A stretch of DNA of 64,000 nucleotides from Octopus vulgaris (lineage: Eukaryota): contig OX597827.1 in the NCBI GenBank assembly GCA_951406725.2, positions 26,908,001-26,972,000 on the forward strand, given 5' to 3'. The position numbers and the translations under genes are program-made. The notes below the pieces were generated by a model, which made no database searches, was not told the DNA's origin, and saw only the letters and a program-made list of their open reading frames with translations. Below are positions 13,192 to 27,231 of this stretch, one piece after another. The first letter of the stretch is position 1. Every line of letters starts with the position of its first letter.

Positions 13192-13373
13192 CACACACAT
13201 AGGAATACCAAGTCCATGCCAATGTTCTTTTCTCTTATTATTGATGTGCTTTTTATATTACGCTATGGCCCTTCTCCAATGGGGTCACGTAACAGGAGCG
13301 CAGCGTGATTACAAGTAACAACCGAAACTTGAACGGTAAATTTATCGCGCATTGAGCGCTTACATTTCCACAT

Positions 13374-13413
<40 letters not shown>

Positions 13414-13647
13414 GCTTTGAGGGAAATTTAGCTGCTAATTCCAGCAAGCCAACCAACACCGTAGTGGCTCTTTCGATGACTGCGATCTGTGTTTTGTGCA
13501 TACGGTGTGTGTTATCTAGCCGCTATTTATAGTGACTACGTAGACGCTCGCTGAATAATTCATGTATGAGCTGATAATGTCATTCTCAAATCTGTTGGAG
13601 ATTCCCAGGAACCTTATGAATTTGCGTTGCCACTGCTGGTGATATGC

Positions 13648-13707
<60 letters not shown>

Positions 13708-13736
13708 TATAGTAGTAGCAGCAGCAGTAGTGTGAA

Positions 13737-14062
13737 GGTGCATGGCTCAATGGTTAGAGTGTCGGGCTCACAATCACGAGGTAGTGACTTCCATGATCGG
13801 ACCGGGTTATGTGTTGCGTCCTTGAGAAAGGCACTTTATTTCACTCAACTGCAGAAATGAGATGACATCACTGGTGCCAAGCTGTATCGGCCCCTTTTGC
13901 CTTTCTCTTGGATATCATCGGAGACGTGAGGAGGGGTGGCTGGTGTGCATGGGCGACTGCTGGTCTTCCACAAACAACCTGGCCTGGACTTGTGCCTCGG
14001 AGAGGAACATTCTAAGTGCAATCCCATGGTCATTCATGACCGACGAGGTGTTTTACCCTTTT
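13737..14062 (+). mobile_element. tRNA-derived SINE family C
   Basis: GGTGCATGGCTCAATGGTTAGAG (A box), CORE-like GTCCTTGAGAAAGGCACTTTA and a distinct 3' tail ending TTTTACCCTTTT; inserted within (AGT/AGC)n. Confidence 0.75.
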
Positions 14063-14100
<38 letters not shown>

Positions 14101-15444
14101 ATAGTACGGGGGCATGCGCTGTAATAGCACATTGCTGCTTCCACCATCTGTTGGAGATACCTTACTACTACTGGCGGGCGACATCCTTGCACCAACGTAA
14201 GAAATAACCCCCACTCCCACCCCATCCCCAGACCACGGGTCATTTTGCGTAGTCGTTGCCGATGAGGATTTTACGAAGTCGGAGTGCAAATCCTAGTTCA
14301 AACTGTTTTTCGCCTTTCACGATGCGCAGAAGAAAAGTTGCATCTATTCTTTTGCTGCTTGTCATTTTCCACACAGCTCTAGAGTAACGTGAGATGAATT
14401 GATTGGCTCCAGAACATAACACGCTGCCTGCTCTTGGAATCGAACCTACTATCTAGCGATCGAGGGTGCAACATCGTAACCACTAGGCCATGCACATTCA
14501 CAATGTGATATGCTTCTCACCTAATTAATGTTTGGTTGGCGTTTGCTGAGGCAAAGCTGACAAATTTCAAGCCTGAACCCGGAATGGATAACGTGAATGG
14601 AGAATTCTTTGGACTATATTCCCTGATTCTTCCCTCACTGCTCCTAAATGTTCCTGAAATTGGCAGAGTTCATCAGGAGTTCAAACTCACCAAGACACTT
14701 TGGAAAGGAAGGAAGAGAGGAAGAGAGACAACGGTACATACGTACGCATGCACACGAGCACAGCAATTATATACACTAGTATCCGCGACAATTACAAACG
14801 CACAGACGTGTGTGGTTGTGTGTGTGTGTGTGTGTGTGTGTGTTTATATATGTGTGTGTATGTGTGTGTTTGGCTGTGTGCGTGTATGTGTTTATATATA
14901 TATATGTGTGTGTGTGCATGTATGTATGTGTTTGTGTATATATGTATGTGTGTGGTTGTGTGTTTGTATGTGTATGTATATATATATGTCTATGTGTGTG
15001 TATATGTGTGTGCATGTGTGTGTGTCTGTACACATAGGCAAACACATACAAATATGCTTCCAGCCAATATTTATCCGCTCACCATTTTATATTGTAAATT
15101 ATTCCAAGAGTCCTCACTATCTTTTACACACACCTCTCTCATTCTCTCTCTATCTCTCTATCTATTCATCTATACTCTCTCTCATTCTCTCTGTCTCTAC
15201 CTATCTATTTATCTATACTCCCCCCTCTCTCTCTCTCTCTCTCTCTCTCACACGCATTCTTTCTTGTGCACACACCGTAGTGACTCGCACTCAATCTCTC
15301 TCCTTTTCGCAAAACACTTTTTCAATACTTTTCCTCTCTCTCTCTCTCTCTCATCTCCGTCTACCTCTTTCATTCTTGCATACACGCACACACAGTCTCT
15401 CTCCTTCTCTCAGACACATCCTATCTCCCCACTTCCCTCTCTCT

Positions 15445-15509
<65 letters not shown>

Positions 15510-16114
15510 GCAGATATCCTCTCTTTTGCATTCGTCATATTCTCTTTCTCACTCTCAATCTCTCTCTTTTTCCCAAAACACTTTTGCAATTCCACCCCTT
15601 ATCCAACACCACCTCCTGCTTTCCCGCTACCTCACTCGTTGCACACACACACATGCTAGCATACACATCCATTCACATGCACATACACACATGCATAGAT
15701 ACACACACATGCATATACACGCTCTCCCAAAGTTAATCTCTCTCTCTCTCTCCCTTCTCACTTTCTTCCCTTCTTCACCATTTCTCTCTCTCTCTCTCAC
15801 TCTCTCAAGGACACACAAACCACCACCACCAGCTCCACCACTTCTACCACCAGCTCCACCACCACCACGTATCTACCCAGCATGCCTTGCTCTACACACA
15901 TACTCTTCGTCCATTATAACACCTTTGTAAACACCGATTCCCCACCCCCACCGTTATCCCTCCCCCACCGATACACTGGCCACCATCACCTCCACTCACC
16001 CTCACTTCTAGACCTCACTCACACTCACCGATGATAATCATTTATATCCGATTCTTTATCGTTCTTTTTTGCGCTTTTTTCTTATTTGTTTTAAATATTT
16101 ATTTATATTTCAAT

Positions 16115-16157
<43 letters not shown>

Positions 16158-16464
16158 ATGTGTGAGTGTGTGTGTGTGTATGCATGTATGTATGTATGCA
16201 TGTAAATGTGTGCGTATATGCACATATATATGTGTACGTATATATATAAGTGTGTAAGTATGTGTATATGTGTGTGCATGTATGTTGTGTATATGTATAT
16301 TATATGTCTGTATGATTGTGTGTGTGTGTGCATACAAACACGCGCGCGCGCCGTTGTTTACGTCTTCAATCAGTGATGTGCTTACGGCCATGTTTAACAA
16401 CGGCAAACGAGAAACACGGTCTCGTTCTCTCATTGGTCCGTCACACGCGTCAAATGACTAGAAC

Positions 16465-16539
<75 letters not shown>

Positions 16540-16540
16540 T

Positions 16541-16591
<51 letters not shown>

Positions 16592-17350
16592 AGAGGACAT
16601 TGTGTCAGCGCCATTTGTTGTTGGTGAGGGGACATCACCATTATAAAGGTCTTGATTAATTACCGTTTCACGACTTCTATCTTATCCGCCATTCCTGTAG
16701 AATATTTTTGTTGCTAGTTTTTTGTTTGTTTTACTTTTTTATTGCCTTCTAAAGCATTTTTCTTTATATTTTTATTTCAATTATTCTTTTTGCATCTTAT
16801 TTTATTCTTTATCCAGTTTTTCCTGCTTCTTGGATTGTCTTCGTCCGCGTGGTCGTTATGGCCGTGGTACTGCTGCGGTGACTTGTGTCATTAGGGGTGG
16901 TAGTTATGAGGTTGGTGATGATGGAGAGGGAGGTACTAGGTGCTAGTGGTGGTGGTGGTGGCATTGGTGATGATGGTCGTAATGATGGTAGTGGAAGGGT
17001 TGGAGATAGTGGTATTTGTAGTAATGGCGGCTGTGGTAGTAGTGGTTGTGGTGTTAGCGAAAGTGGTATTCGTAGTGCTGATAGAAGTGTTGTTGTTGTT
17101 GTTGTTGTTCGTGGTTGTGGTGGTGGAAGTAGTTTTGGTGGAGGCGATGCAGGCGGTGGAGGCGGTGGTGGTGGTGGTAGAGGTTGGGTGGGGTGTGTGG
17201 TGGGTGAAACGATGGTGAATACGAAGGACCAGTGCATTGTCACGTGACTGCAACAGCAGTAATCAACCAGCTTTCTTTTCACCACCACCGACATGAGCCC
17301 CAAAATATAGGTGTCCTCTACGTGGCCGCCCGACCTGATGTCTCTCTCTC

Positions 17351-17463
<113 letters not shown>

Positions 17464-17489
17464 GCAAACACACACATACACACACACAC

Positions 17490-17520
<31 letters not shown>

Positions 17521-18979
17521 CGTCTGTGCGTGTACAAACACACTTATATACGCATGTATATATTACACATACACACGCCATCTTTAATCATTTATGTGCT
17601 TTCAGCCATGTTTAACAACAGCAAATGAGAAACGCCGAATCCGACATGCCTCCAATCAAACCCATCCTTCTTAATAATGCAACGACACATTGTACAATGG
17701 AGTCCCTGAAATACAAACAAACAGAAGGATTATGACGATTGAGCAGCTCAATCAGGCTTGACCCGGGGCTAAACAATAGATCGTATATATGTATGTATGT
17801 ATCGTATATCGCTTCATGTATGTATGCATATATGTATGTATGTATGTAATGCATCCGGCATATGTATGTATGTATATGTATGTATGTATGTATCATCATG
17901 TATGTATCGTCATGCATCATCATGTATGTTTGTATGTATGTCATGTATGTCATTTATGTACCCTCGTATGTATGTATGTATGTATATCATGTATGTATGT
18001 ATGCATATATGTATGTATGTATGCATAATCATGCATGTATGTATCGTTATGTATGCATGTATGTATGCATGCATGTATTGTATGCATGTATGTATATGTA
18101 TGTATGGTAATGTGTATCGTATGTATGTACGTGTGTATGCATGTATTTATGTAACCATGTATTCATACATCAATGCATGTATGTATCGTATGTCCTTGTA
18201 TGTATGTATGCATCTGCCGATAAAGCTTTAGCTGCCACATTCTGTACAAGACATTGTAGATCTTTAGCTGGACTAACAAGAGTCACATTCAGCATCACAG
18301 CACCACTACTACCACGAAGTTGCTTCTTGCAATGGCACTATAATCGATAATGAGGCAGCAGATTCATCGCCGTTCCAATTTATGTATGTATGGTATTTAT
18401 GTATGCATGTTATTTCAATGCATGTACAACTGCCTGTATGTGTGTGTATGTATGTATGCTTACCTTTATGAATGTAGTATTATGTAAAGCATGTACTGTA
18501 TGCACGATACATATGCAGTATGTATGTATTCCATGTACTAAGTGTATGTATGTATGTAATGTATGCATCTAAATGTATGTACGTGTGTGTGTATAATGAC
18601 ATACGTATGAACATACATATGTACGCATGGTATGTACATATTGCACATACGTACGGACATAGTTTGTACGTACGTACATTTACTTGCATGTATTGCTATG
18701 AATGTATGCATGTGTCTATATGACACTTCCGTTTTTTGTTTATGAAATTTCTCACCTATAGCATTTTAGAAGCTAGCTGTTATCTTCATTTACCATTCGT
18801 TATTCTACTTTTGCATTGATGCTTACACAACATCAATTAGCTCTTGTTTGTATGTATCTCCACGCGTATGCAGGTGTCAATCTCAATGTATTGAACTCAA
18901 ATGAGGTATATCACTAATATGTTTCTATGAATCTACATATGCGTATATACACATATAATGGGACATACATACACTCGAA

Positions 18980-19410
18980 CTGGACATGTGTGGTAAGTAG
19001 CTTGCATTACCAGCCACATGGTTCTGTGTCTGGAGAGTCTCTCACTGCGTGGCACCTTGGGCAAGTGTCTTCTAATGATGCAGCCTCCCGGGTCGACCAA
19101 ACCTTTGTGAGTGGATTTAGAAGATTATGACGGAAAAAATTCACAAGCAGTTTGTTGTATGTACGTCATATGTGTGTGTGTGTGTTTGTGTAGATCTGTA
19201 AGATACCTCTCCAACATCGCTTGGATAAAAAGCCGATGTTGGTGTATTAACGTCCCTGCGGTATTTTTTGATCAGGCTTCAGCAATTCAGCCAAGTTTTA
19301 TAGAATAACGTACTGTGTTGTTACAAGGAATAGAGTCCTTATGGAGGTCAGATTTGCTCGACTAAAGGCGTGCCTTCCAGCATAGGCCGCAGTCAGCTAA
19401 AATTGAAAAG
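18980..19410 (+). mobile_element. SINE family A copy, indel-rich
   Basis: GTGTGGTAAGTAGCTTGC...GGCACCTTGGGCAAGTGTCTTCTA...GATTTGCTCGACTAAAGGCG...GGCCGCAGTCA. Confidence 0.75.
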
Positions 19411-19679
19411 GTGATGTATATAGTCGGATACCTATATATATATATATATTTATTTATGTATGTATGTATTTTATTGGTCACTATATCTATATTTAGTTTC
19501 AGCTCACGAGCTGTGGTAAACATGCTGGGGCTCGTCCGGGATATATGACTCATCATATATATCATATATATATATATATACACACACTTGTTGAGCAAAT
19601 CACATACGCACACATATATACAAACGCACACACATACATACATGCATTTCACAACGCATACATACATAAATGCTATGTA

Positions 19680-19904
19680 CGAGCATCTTGAAACAACTGT
19701 TCCTGGCTTTAAGGGCATCACAAAAGACTTGGTTGGAGGCCCAACTTTCCAGTGTTCTTTTACCTAGGGCTTAGAAAAAGCTGAAAGACCGCTACAATAT
19801 AGTGTGTGAATCTGTAGAGGGGACTCACGAGTAAAATCATAATGTATACTGTATCTTCCTGTATATATTCTTGTACCTAACCAGGAATTTTCAGTACCCC
19901 TGTG
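19680..19904. mobile_element. Degraded, opposite-orientation copy of the 25200-25413 mariner MITE
   Basis: Shares CTGGCTTTAAGGG, GGAGGCCCAAC, TTAGAAAAA and the end AATTTTCAGTACCCC with the reverse complement of the 25.2-kb MITE; many indels. Confidence 0.6.
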
Positions 19905-20207
19905 TACATATATACATGTATACGTACATCCATCCATACATGTGTATAGTGTGTGTAACCGTCAGTATGTGCGAATAAATACTTAACGGTGTGTGTCCGT
20001 GTGTGTGTGTGTGTCTTTTTACGGAAACATGTGTGTAAACAACTAATTGCGTAGAAAATCTGAAAGCTGCTCGTGTGAATTTATTTCATTCAAAAGGGTG
20101 TCTTCAACACATTATTACTATGTGTATTATAGCTTTATGTGTGTGTCTGAGTGTCCACAGTGTCTAGAAAAGAATTATCTTTCTATATATCATTTATACT
20201 ATCTATC

Positions 20208-20611
<404 letters not shown>

Positions 20612-20916
20612 GTACGCATGCATACACACATATCTGAATATACATGCATGTATATAAAGATACATAAACATATGTATATACACATGTGCGCGCGTGTGTG
20701 CATGTATATATGAATGTGTGAGCCTATGTATGCGTGACTGTGATGTGTGTATATATATATATATATAATAGAAATATTAAAATTACTGGATATTAATAGT
20801 TATCGCCATACTAATATGGCAGTCTAAATATAAGACTAAAGCTGTGGCCTCTTGGAGCTAATCAGCGACAGCTTTAGTCTTATATTTAGACTGCCATATT
20901 AGTATGGCGATAACTA

Positions 20917-20966
<50 letters not shown>

Positions 20967-20967
<1 letters not shown>

Positions 20968-22237
20968 GAGGGACGTTCAATAAGTAATGCCCCTGACACA
21001 CTTCCCATAGCAGTAGAGCAACGAAACTTGGCACAGTTATTGGTCTTGTTCTACATAGGAACCACCCAGAGTTACGCATTTCTCCCATCGTTTGATGCAG
21101 CTCTGGAGACCGTTTTTGTAGAAGACCCCAGCTTGGTCCTCCAACCACGACGTGACTTCAGAAATCAAGGCTGCATCATCTGGGAAACGCTTTCCTTTCA
21201 AAAACAACTTCATGGCTGGGAAGAGGTGAAAATCAGAGGGTGCAAGAGGAGGAGTTCATAGCTGCACGCCTGTGCTTCTGATCTGGCGACACGCGAGTTG
21301 TGGACCGGAGCGTTGTCCTGCAAGAGAAGGATGCCTTTGCTGATCTTGCCCCACCTCTTGATTTTGATAGCTTCTCTTAATTTCCTCAAAAGTGAAGCAT
21401 AATGGCCTCCTGTAATTGTGGTACCCTTTGCCAGGAAATCTGTCATCAGTACTCCGCCCTGGTCCCAGAAGACTGTGAGCATGACCTTGCCAGCGGAGGG
21501 CTTTACCCTTGCCTTCTTTGGAGGAGGTGAGTCACGGTGCTTCCACTGCATTGACTGGGCTTTGGTCTCTGGATCATAGTGATGGACCCAGGTTTCATCC
21601 TGTTTAATCAGTCTTTTGAAAAATTTTGACTCATCTTCTTGGCACATCTCCAAATTCATCCTCGAGCACTTGACGCGTTCTTGCTTCTGGAAAGGTGTGA
21701 GCAACCTGGGAATCCATCTGGCAGACACCTTTTGCATATGCAAATGGTCATGAATGATAGTTTCCACAGACCCGGTACTAATCTTGACCTCATGGGCTAT
21801 TTGGCGAATAGTTATGCGTCGATTTTCCAAAATGGCAGCCTCAACTTGACGGACAGATGCCTCATCAATGGCAGAAGCGGGACGACCAGATCTGGGAGCT
21901 GTTTCCACAGAGTTCCGACCATGTTTGAATTCATGATGCCAGCGTTTTACAAGGTCATATGATGGGGCATCATCACCATAAATTACTTTCATTTCATCAA
22001 AAGTCTCCCGTGGTGTGCGTCCTTTCAAATACAAAAACCGGATCACTGCTCGACACTCAACAGGCTCCATTTAACACTTGACTCAGTTCAAACACCTGTA
22101 AATCAGAAACCACAAATAGTTCAGAGCTGTAATTTGCCACTTAATCTATAGAGATATAAATAATTGCACATGCAAAATTTCAGCTACATCAAACAACTGC
22201 AAGTGGGTCACGGGCATTACTTATAGAACGTCCCTCG
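20967..22237 (-). mobile_element. Mariner (Tc1/mariner, DD34D, irritans-like) DNA transposon, near full length, inserted in a (TA)n tract
   Basis: 26-bp terminal inverted repeats CGAGGGACGTTCAATAAGTAATGCCC (20967-20992) and GGGCATTACTTATAGAACGTCCCTCG (22212-22237), 1 mismatch. Flanked by TA on the left and TG on the right; ~1.27 kb; contains the transposase ORF. Confidence 0.96.
21037..22070 (-). pseudogene. Mariner transposase, frameshifted
   Basis: ORF 21210-22070 has an N-terminal HTH region, a WIPRLL (WVPHEL-like) linker, and QDETW and LLQDNAPVH (catalytic D1, D2). After YELL the PHPPYSPD motif is missing and the frame shifts. The alternative frame reads LAPSDFHLFPAMKLFLKGKRF...KRWEKCVTLGGSYVEQDQ* (stop 21037-21039). 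Restoring 8 residues gives exact D34D spacing. Confidence 0.93.
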
Positions 22238-22254
22238 TGTATATATATATATAT

Positions 22255-23098
22255 ATAAATATAAAACTCAACTTGTGTGGCAGTGTGTGTATCTGTGTGA
22301 TATATATAAAACTCAACTTGTGTGTGTATCTGTGTGTGTGTCTGTGTGTTTAACTTCCCGGCACATCTCCTCCTAGCCAACAAATCGTAGAACCACAAAA
22401 AATGGGTCACTTAAAGTTTAGGCGAATGAAAATTGAACTGCGCTATTTCTGTTCCGAAATTCATCTCGCAAGTGCAAAAATCGTTTGTTTAGGCCTTATG
22501 CCATGCATTGAATAGTGAACTTTACTCAGCTGTTTGACGTGAACTGTGTTCACCACGCGTACAAGTATGCGTAGATTGCATGAAAAATAAAAAATCAAGA
22601 TATAAAAATGAATCGCCGTAAACATTGTAGAAATTCGGCAAAGAAATGAATTTTCGAGATGTAGCCTGGAGGGTTTTTTCGTATTAATCGTTTGGACTTT
22701 GAGAACACATACCAATTGTTTTCATAACATTTTTAACGCTTTGAATTAAATGTGACCATTTTGCGTTGAGTCTGCAGTTTGAATCACTTTAACCAAATTT
22801 TAGCAGGCCGGATTTTTGATCATCACGATACATCGCCAGCGACTCCCTGAAACTCTCCCCTGAAATACTGATCTAAAGGAATAATTCAACAATGCAATTA
22901 TTTGATCAACAAAAATTTATGAAACGCTTCTACGTACTTGCTATTGAGGAAATGGAACACATAAGCGCAAAAATAGAGGGCATTAAATGATTGATTTTAA
23001 AACCAAAATAATTGAATTTTGATTGAACTTCATCCAAGTTTAGCTGAATTTGTGCGTGCATAGAACGCGCGAGCGCACGAGCCGGGCAATACTGCTAT
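22255..23098 (+). mobile_element. Putative non-autonomous Helitron
   Basis: The 5' start TATATATAAAACTCAACTTGTGTGTG...(GT/GTCT-rich)...ATCTCCTCCTAG is present twice (22258 and 22301). The GC-rich 3' end CGCGCGAGCGCACGAGCCGGGCAATACTGCTA resembles Helitron GCCGGG...CTAG termini, with the final G lacking. Confidence 0.55.
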
Positions 23099-23290
23099 AT
23101 ATATATATACACACACATACATATATGTATATTGGTGAGAGTATTTCTCGTTTAGTGCCTTACTATTTAATACACTCACCGGTTCGATTTCGATTTCCAC
23201 TCATTTACTTATTTGTTTTTTCTATAATTTTCCTTGAGTCTTGCAACCTCTTCAATAGTCGTTAATTCAATCTGTTATCCAATACAGAAC

Positions 23291-23322
<32 letters not shown>

Positions 23323-23943
23323 GAAGCTTACTTCACAACCGCATGGTGCCGGGTTCAGTCCCACTGCATGGTACATTGGGCATGTGTATTTTACTATAGC
23401 CTCTGGCCGACCAAATCTTTGAGTGAATTTATAGAGACGGAAACTGATTTAGGCACAATCCCAATAAATTACATGGAAGAGGCTCAACTGATTACGTTGG
23501 CCCCAGTATTGGACTAGTACTCTATTTTATTGACCCCAGAAGGGTAAAAGGTTAAGATGACCACAGTGGGATTTGAACTAAGAATATACAGGGCAGGAAT
23601 GAATCGAATTCTGCAGGTAATTTATTTTTCCGACGCTCTAACGACTCTGTTAATCGGACACGTACGTCTGCACAAATACGTGAACAGGTTTGCGTGCGTT
23701 CACGTGTGTATTTGGGTATGGAAGAGTTGAGGAAGCAGTTTGAAGATTCAATTCATTGTCTGATTGTTACGCTTGATTGAATGTACGTGTCATAAAACTC
23801 TAATTAGGACTCCTAATAATTAATTAATTAACGTTGCTGTACAATTTACATAGCTATATTCAATTGTTTCTAAGTTTATGTAAACAATTAAAGTATTACA
23901 AGCTAATATTGTCCCTGCCTTCAGAAAAGTGATTAATCGATCT

Positions 23944-23976
23944 CTGATGAAGCGGTAATAATTACCGAAACTAGTT
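23944..23976 (+). ncRNA. Minimal hammerhead ribozyme-like motif (type I, degenerate)
   Basis: CTGATGA-AGC-GGTAA TAA TTACC-GAAA-CTAGT: both conserved boxes, a 5-bp stem II and a palindromic stem III (ACTAGT). Confidence 0.6.
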
Positions 23977-24270
23977 AAAATGAAACCTTTTTAAAAACAT
24001 ATTTGTTTATCCATGTAGTCAAAGTGTCACAGGGAATCTAAAACGTGCTCTTAAGATTAAAATTTACATTCTCAATTTAATTTGTATGTGTGTGTGTGTG
24101 TGTGTATGAGGGGGTGGTGCATAATTTGATACATGAAGATTTGAAAGCACAATGTGAACCAACAATAAGAGTACAACATCAGGTTGGAGCAGTTTTTGGC
24201 TGCGATTCTATAAAAGCGAGAAATTCTTGCTTGCATTTAACTACGTAATTCCGCTTACATGTGTGCGGGC

Positions 24271-24322
<52 letters not shown>

Positions 24323-24625
24323 GCATATATATACATAATGCATACATACATATAGATACATGTACACATACATACATACGCACACACATCCACTCATTGG
24401 TGTCTATTTGTCTAAATGTGTGTATTCGAATGAGCGTGTTTCTGTAGTTTCTTTTTCCTTTTTTGTGTTTTGTAAGGAACTGGCTATTCTTGTCTCTGGC
24501 AGACTATCAAACAAGACAAGCAACTTTATACACTCTTCCATAGTCTAATCCTACTGCTAACAACTTCACCATCATCATCACCACTGCCTTTATATTTTGC
24601 CAAACCAAACCAAACCCATCCTTCA

Positions 24626-24661
<36 letters not shown>

Positions 24662-24683
24662 CCTCCCACGCTCTCTCTCGTTC

Positions 24684-24729
<46 letters not shown>

Positions 24730-25005
24730 TCTGTATATGTATATGTATGTGTGTGTATGTGTTTATATACATACACATCTGTATCTATGTCTATTTATCA
24801 GTCTTTTATATACTATTTATCAGGCTTCCTTCATACCTGTGTGTGTGTGTGAAATGCATGCATAGATTGTTTATATATAACGGACTAGAAAGAAAATCCC
24901 GAGTACTTAGAATATATATTCTCGCCTGCTCTATGTGACTCTCGTGACGAGTATTACCCAATGAAAAAGATGCATCAGTGTTTTATTGGTTAAAGATACG
25001 GTTTT

Positions 25006-25030
25006 CTGATGAGTTGAATAGTCACGAAAC
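25006..25030 (+). ncRNA. Hammerhead-like core truncated by (TA)n
   Basis: CTGATGA-GTTGA ATAG TCAC-GAAAC; no clear cleavage triplet downstream. Confidence 0.4.
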
Positions 25031-25033
25031 TTG

Positions 25034-25077
<44 letters not shown>

Positions 25078-25199
25078 CAACCACTCTTTCCTTCTCTGAG
25101 TGTCTTAGTAATACTTTGTATGTGCTATTTCCTAACGTTGTTGTTATTCTTGTCTTTTTCCTGTTTTTTTTATTATAAATAAATAAATATATATATATA

Positions 25200-25413
25200 C
25201 GAGGGTGTGCTTAAAAAATTTTCTGGCTATGGGCAAAACAAATACAGGAGGATCAGTTAATTATGATATTATTCAAGATATTCTTCTCTCAGGTATTCAC
25301 ACATTTATTGCAGCGGGCTTTCAATTTTTTCTAAACCCTGTAGAAGAACTCAGACGGTTGGGCCTCCAGTCAGGCGATACCCTTAAAGCCATAAACTTTT
25401 CAGCACCCCCTCG
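25200..25413. mobile_element. Mariner-derived MITE (~214 bp)
   Basis: TA-CGAGGGTGTGCTTAAAAAATTTTCTGGCT ... AGCCATAAACTTTTCAGCACCCCCTCG-TA imperfect TIRs within (TA)n; no ORF. Confidence 0.85.
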
Positions 25414-25455
<42 letters not shown>

Positions 25456-25458
<3 letters not shown>

Positions 25459-26060
25459 AATTGATAAATAAAGCATATGCATATATACATATATGTACGT
25501 ACCTACATCTACATGTATATACACATGCATAAATGGGTACAGGACACAAAGAAAAACGTCGAACACAATGAGAAATGAAAACATAAACACAAAACCAAGG
25601 AACTGGACATTTTTCTTAAACAACGAAAAAATAGAGTACAGGACAAATAACACAAGGAAATTTCCCCTTCTTCAGTCGCCATGGTTTCATCTACTCTGCG
25701 TTTCGAAGGTGAAGGCGATACGCATTTCCGATAGAATCTTTCCTTCCCGCGAAAAGCAAATTAAGTAAAATTTGAGATCTTTTTGCGGAGGGATAAAAAT
25801 TGTAACAAAAACAGGACAGTAACGACAGTACAAAATATAAACAGTAAAAGACAGGACAAGCAGAATAACAAGACAAGAAGGGCTGTTAAGCCGAACGAGA
25901 TAAAGTATTACGAACGCTATTTTTGAGAACGGCGAAGGAGTAACAGAAAATGCCGTCTACACTTTAAGGAAACCAGGTCAGAAAGACAGTAGCAGAGCTC
26001 TCGTCGCAGGTCAACGACGGGAGGGCGGAGGAGGAGCAAGAGAAAGGGGGGGAAAAAGGG
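25456..26060. repeat. Longer copy of the 1207-1468 repeat family
   Basis: The first ~255 bp match 1207-1468; the right boundary is approximate. Confidence 0.65.
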
Positions 26061-26152
26061 AATGGTTGTGAAGAAACCAGAAAGAATGAAGAATGAGAGA
26101 GAGAGGGAGAGACAGTAAGGTAGAAGAAAAGGAAACCAGAAAGAATGATATA

Positions 26153-26318
26153 TACGACGGACTTCTTTCAGTTTCCGTCTACCAAATCCACTCACAAGGC
26201 TTTGGTCAGTCCGAGGTTATGGTAGAAGACACTTGCCCAAGATACCACGCAGTGGGATTGAATCCGAAACCATGTGGCTGGGAAGCAAGCAACTTACCAC
26301 AAAGCCACACCTGCGCCT
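26153..26318 (-). mobile_element. SINE family A, 5' half
   Basis: CTTCTTTCAGTTTCCGTCTACCAAATCCACTCACAAGG ... CACACCTGCGCC. Confidence 0.85.
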
Positions 26319-27187
26319 CACGGCCACACGGTTATTCGTGTATATGTGAAGAGCGACATTTAAATTTCTTAAAATGTTTCTCTTCACCATTTCTTGCAAC
26401 CATTGTTGTTGCTGCCATTTTTCTTTCTCTCTTTTTCTTCTTCTCTCTCTTTCCTTTCAGTCTTTCCCCACCTTTCCCCTCTCCTCTCACTTCTCCCCAC
26501 TCTTTCTTCTCACTCCCCTTCTATCTCTTTTCTCTGTTTGTTTTTGTGTCTTTTTTTTTAATTTCCTTCCTTTCCTTTTACAGCTGTTTTATTATGTTTT
26601 TTATAATTTTTTTGAAAACCTTTCTTTTTTTTCATTTCTTCCGCCCTGCTTGTTTTTTTATTCTTGTTTTGTTCGTTATTTTCCAATCATTTTTCTCTTT
26701 TCTCTCTCTCTCTCTCTCTCTCTCTCAATATACCTTCCTTTGACCACCACTCTCTCTGAGCAATGCAGTTTCCTTCAGACAATCTTTACTACTACTACTA
26801 CTACTACCACTACCGCCACCATTACCTAACACACCTGCTCCTCCCCCTCTCCTCATCTTCCTCTCCTTCATATAGAAGAATTTCACTTCCTGTCCATTCA
26901 AACCTTCTTTCCCTCCTCCTCCTCCTCCTCACCTTCGCTCTCTCTTACTGGAAGACCTTTCTTGCTTTACTCTCTCACAATGTTTCTCTCTCTCTCTCTC
27001 TTACACACGCACACACACACACAATCTTATATACACTCGCGCACATATAGGCACACACACCATTCTTTTCCATTCTCTTTCTTTCGCTCACCCATTATTT
27101 CTCTCTCTGTCCTTATCTCTTTCTCTCTCTCTCTCTCTCGTTATCTCTCTTTTTCTCTCCGTCTCTTTTTCCACACTCTATTTTCCT

Positions 27188-27231
<44 letters not shown>

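Noticed and set aside
14536-15930. 464-aa ORF
   Set aside because: Mostly translation of (TG)n, (CT)n and (CA)n, which lack stop codons; no domain signal.
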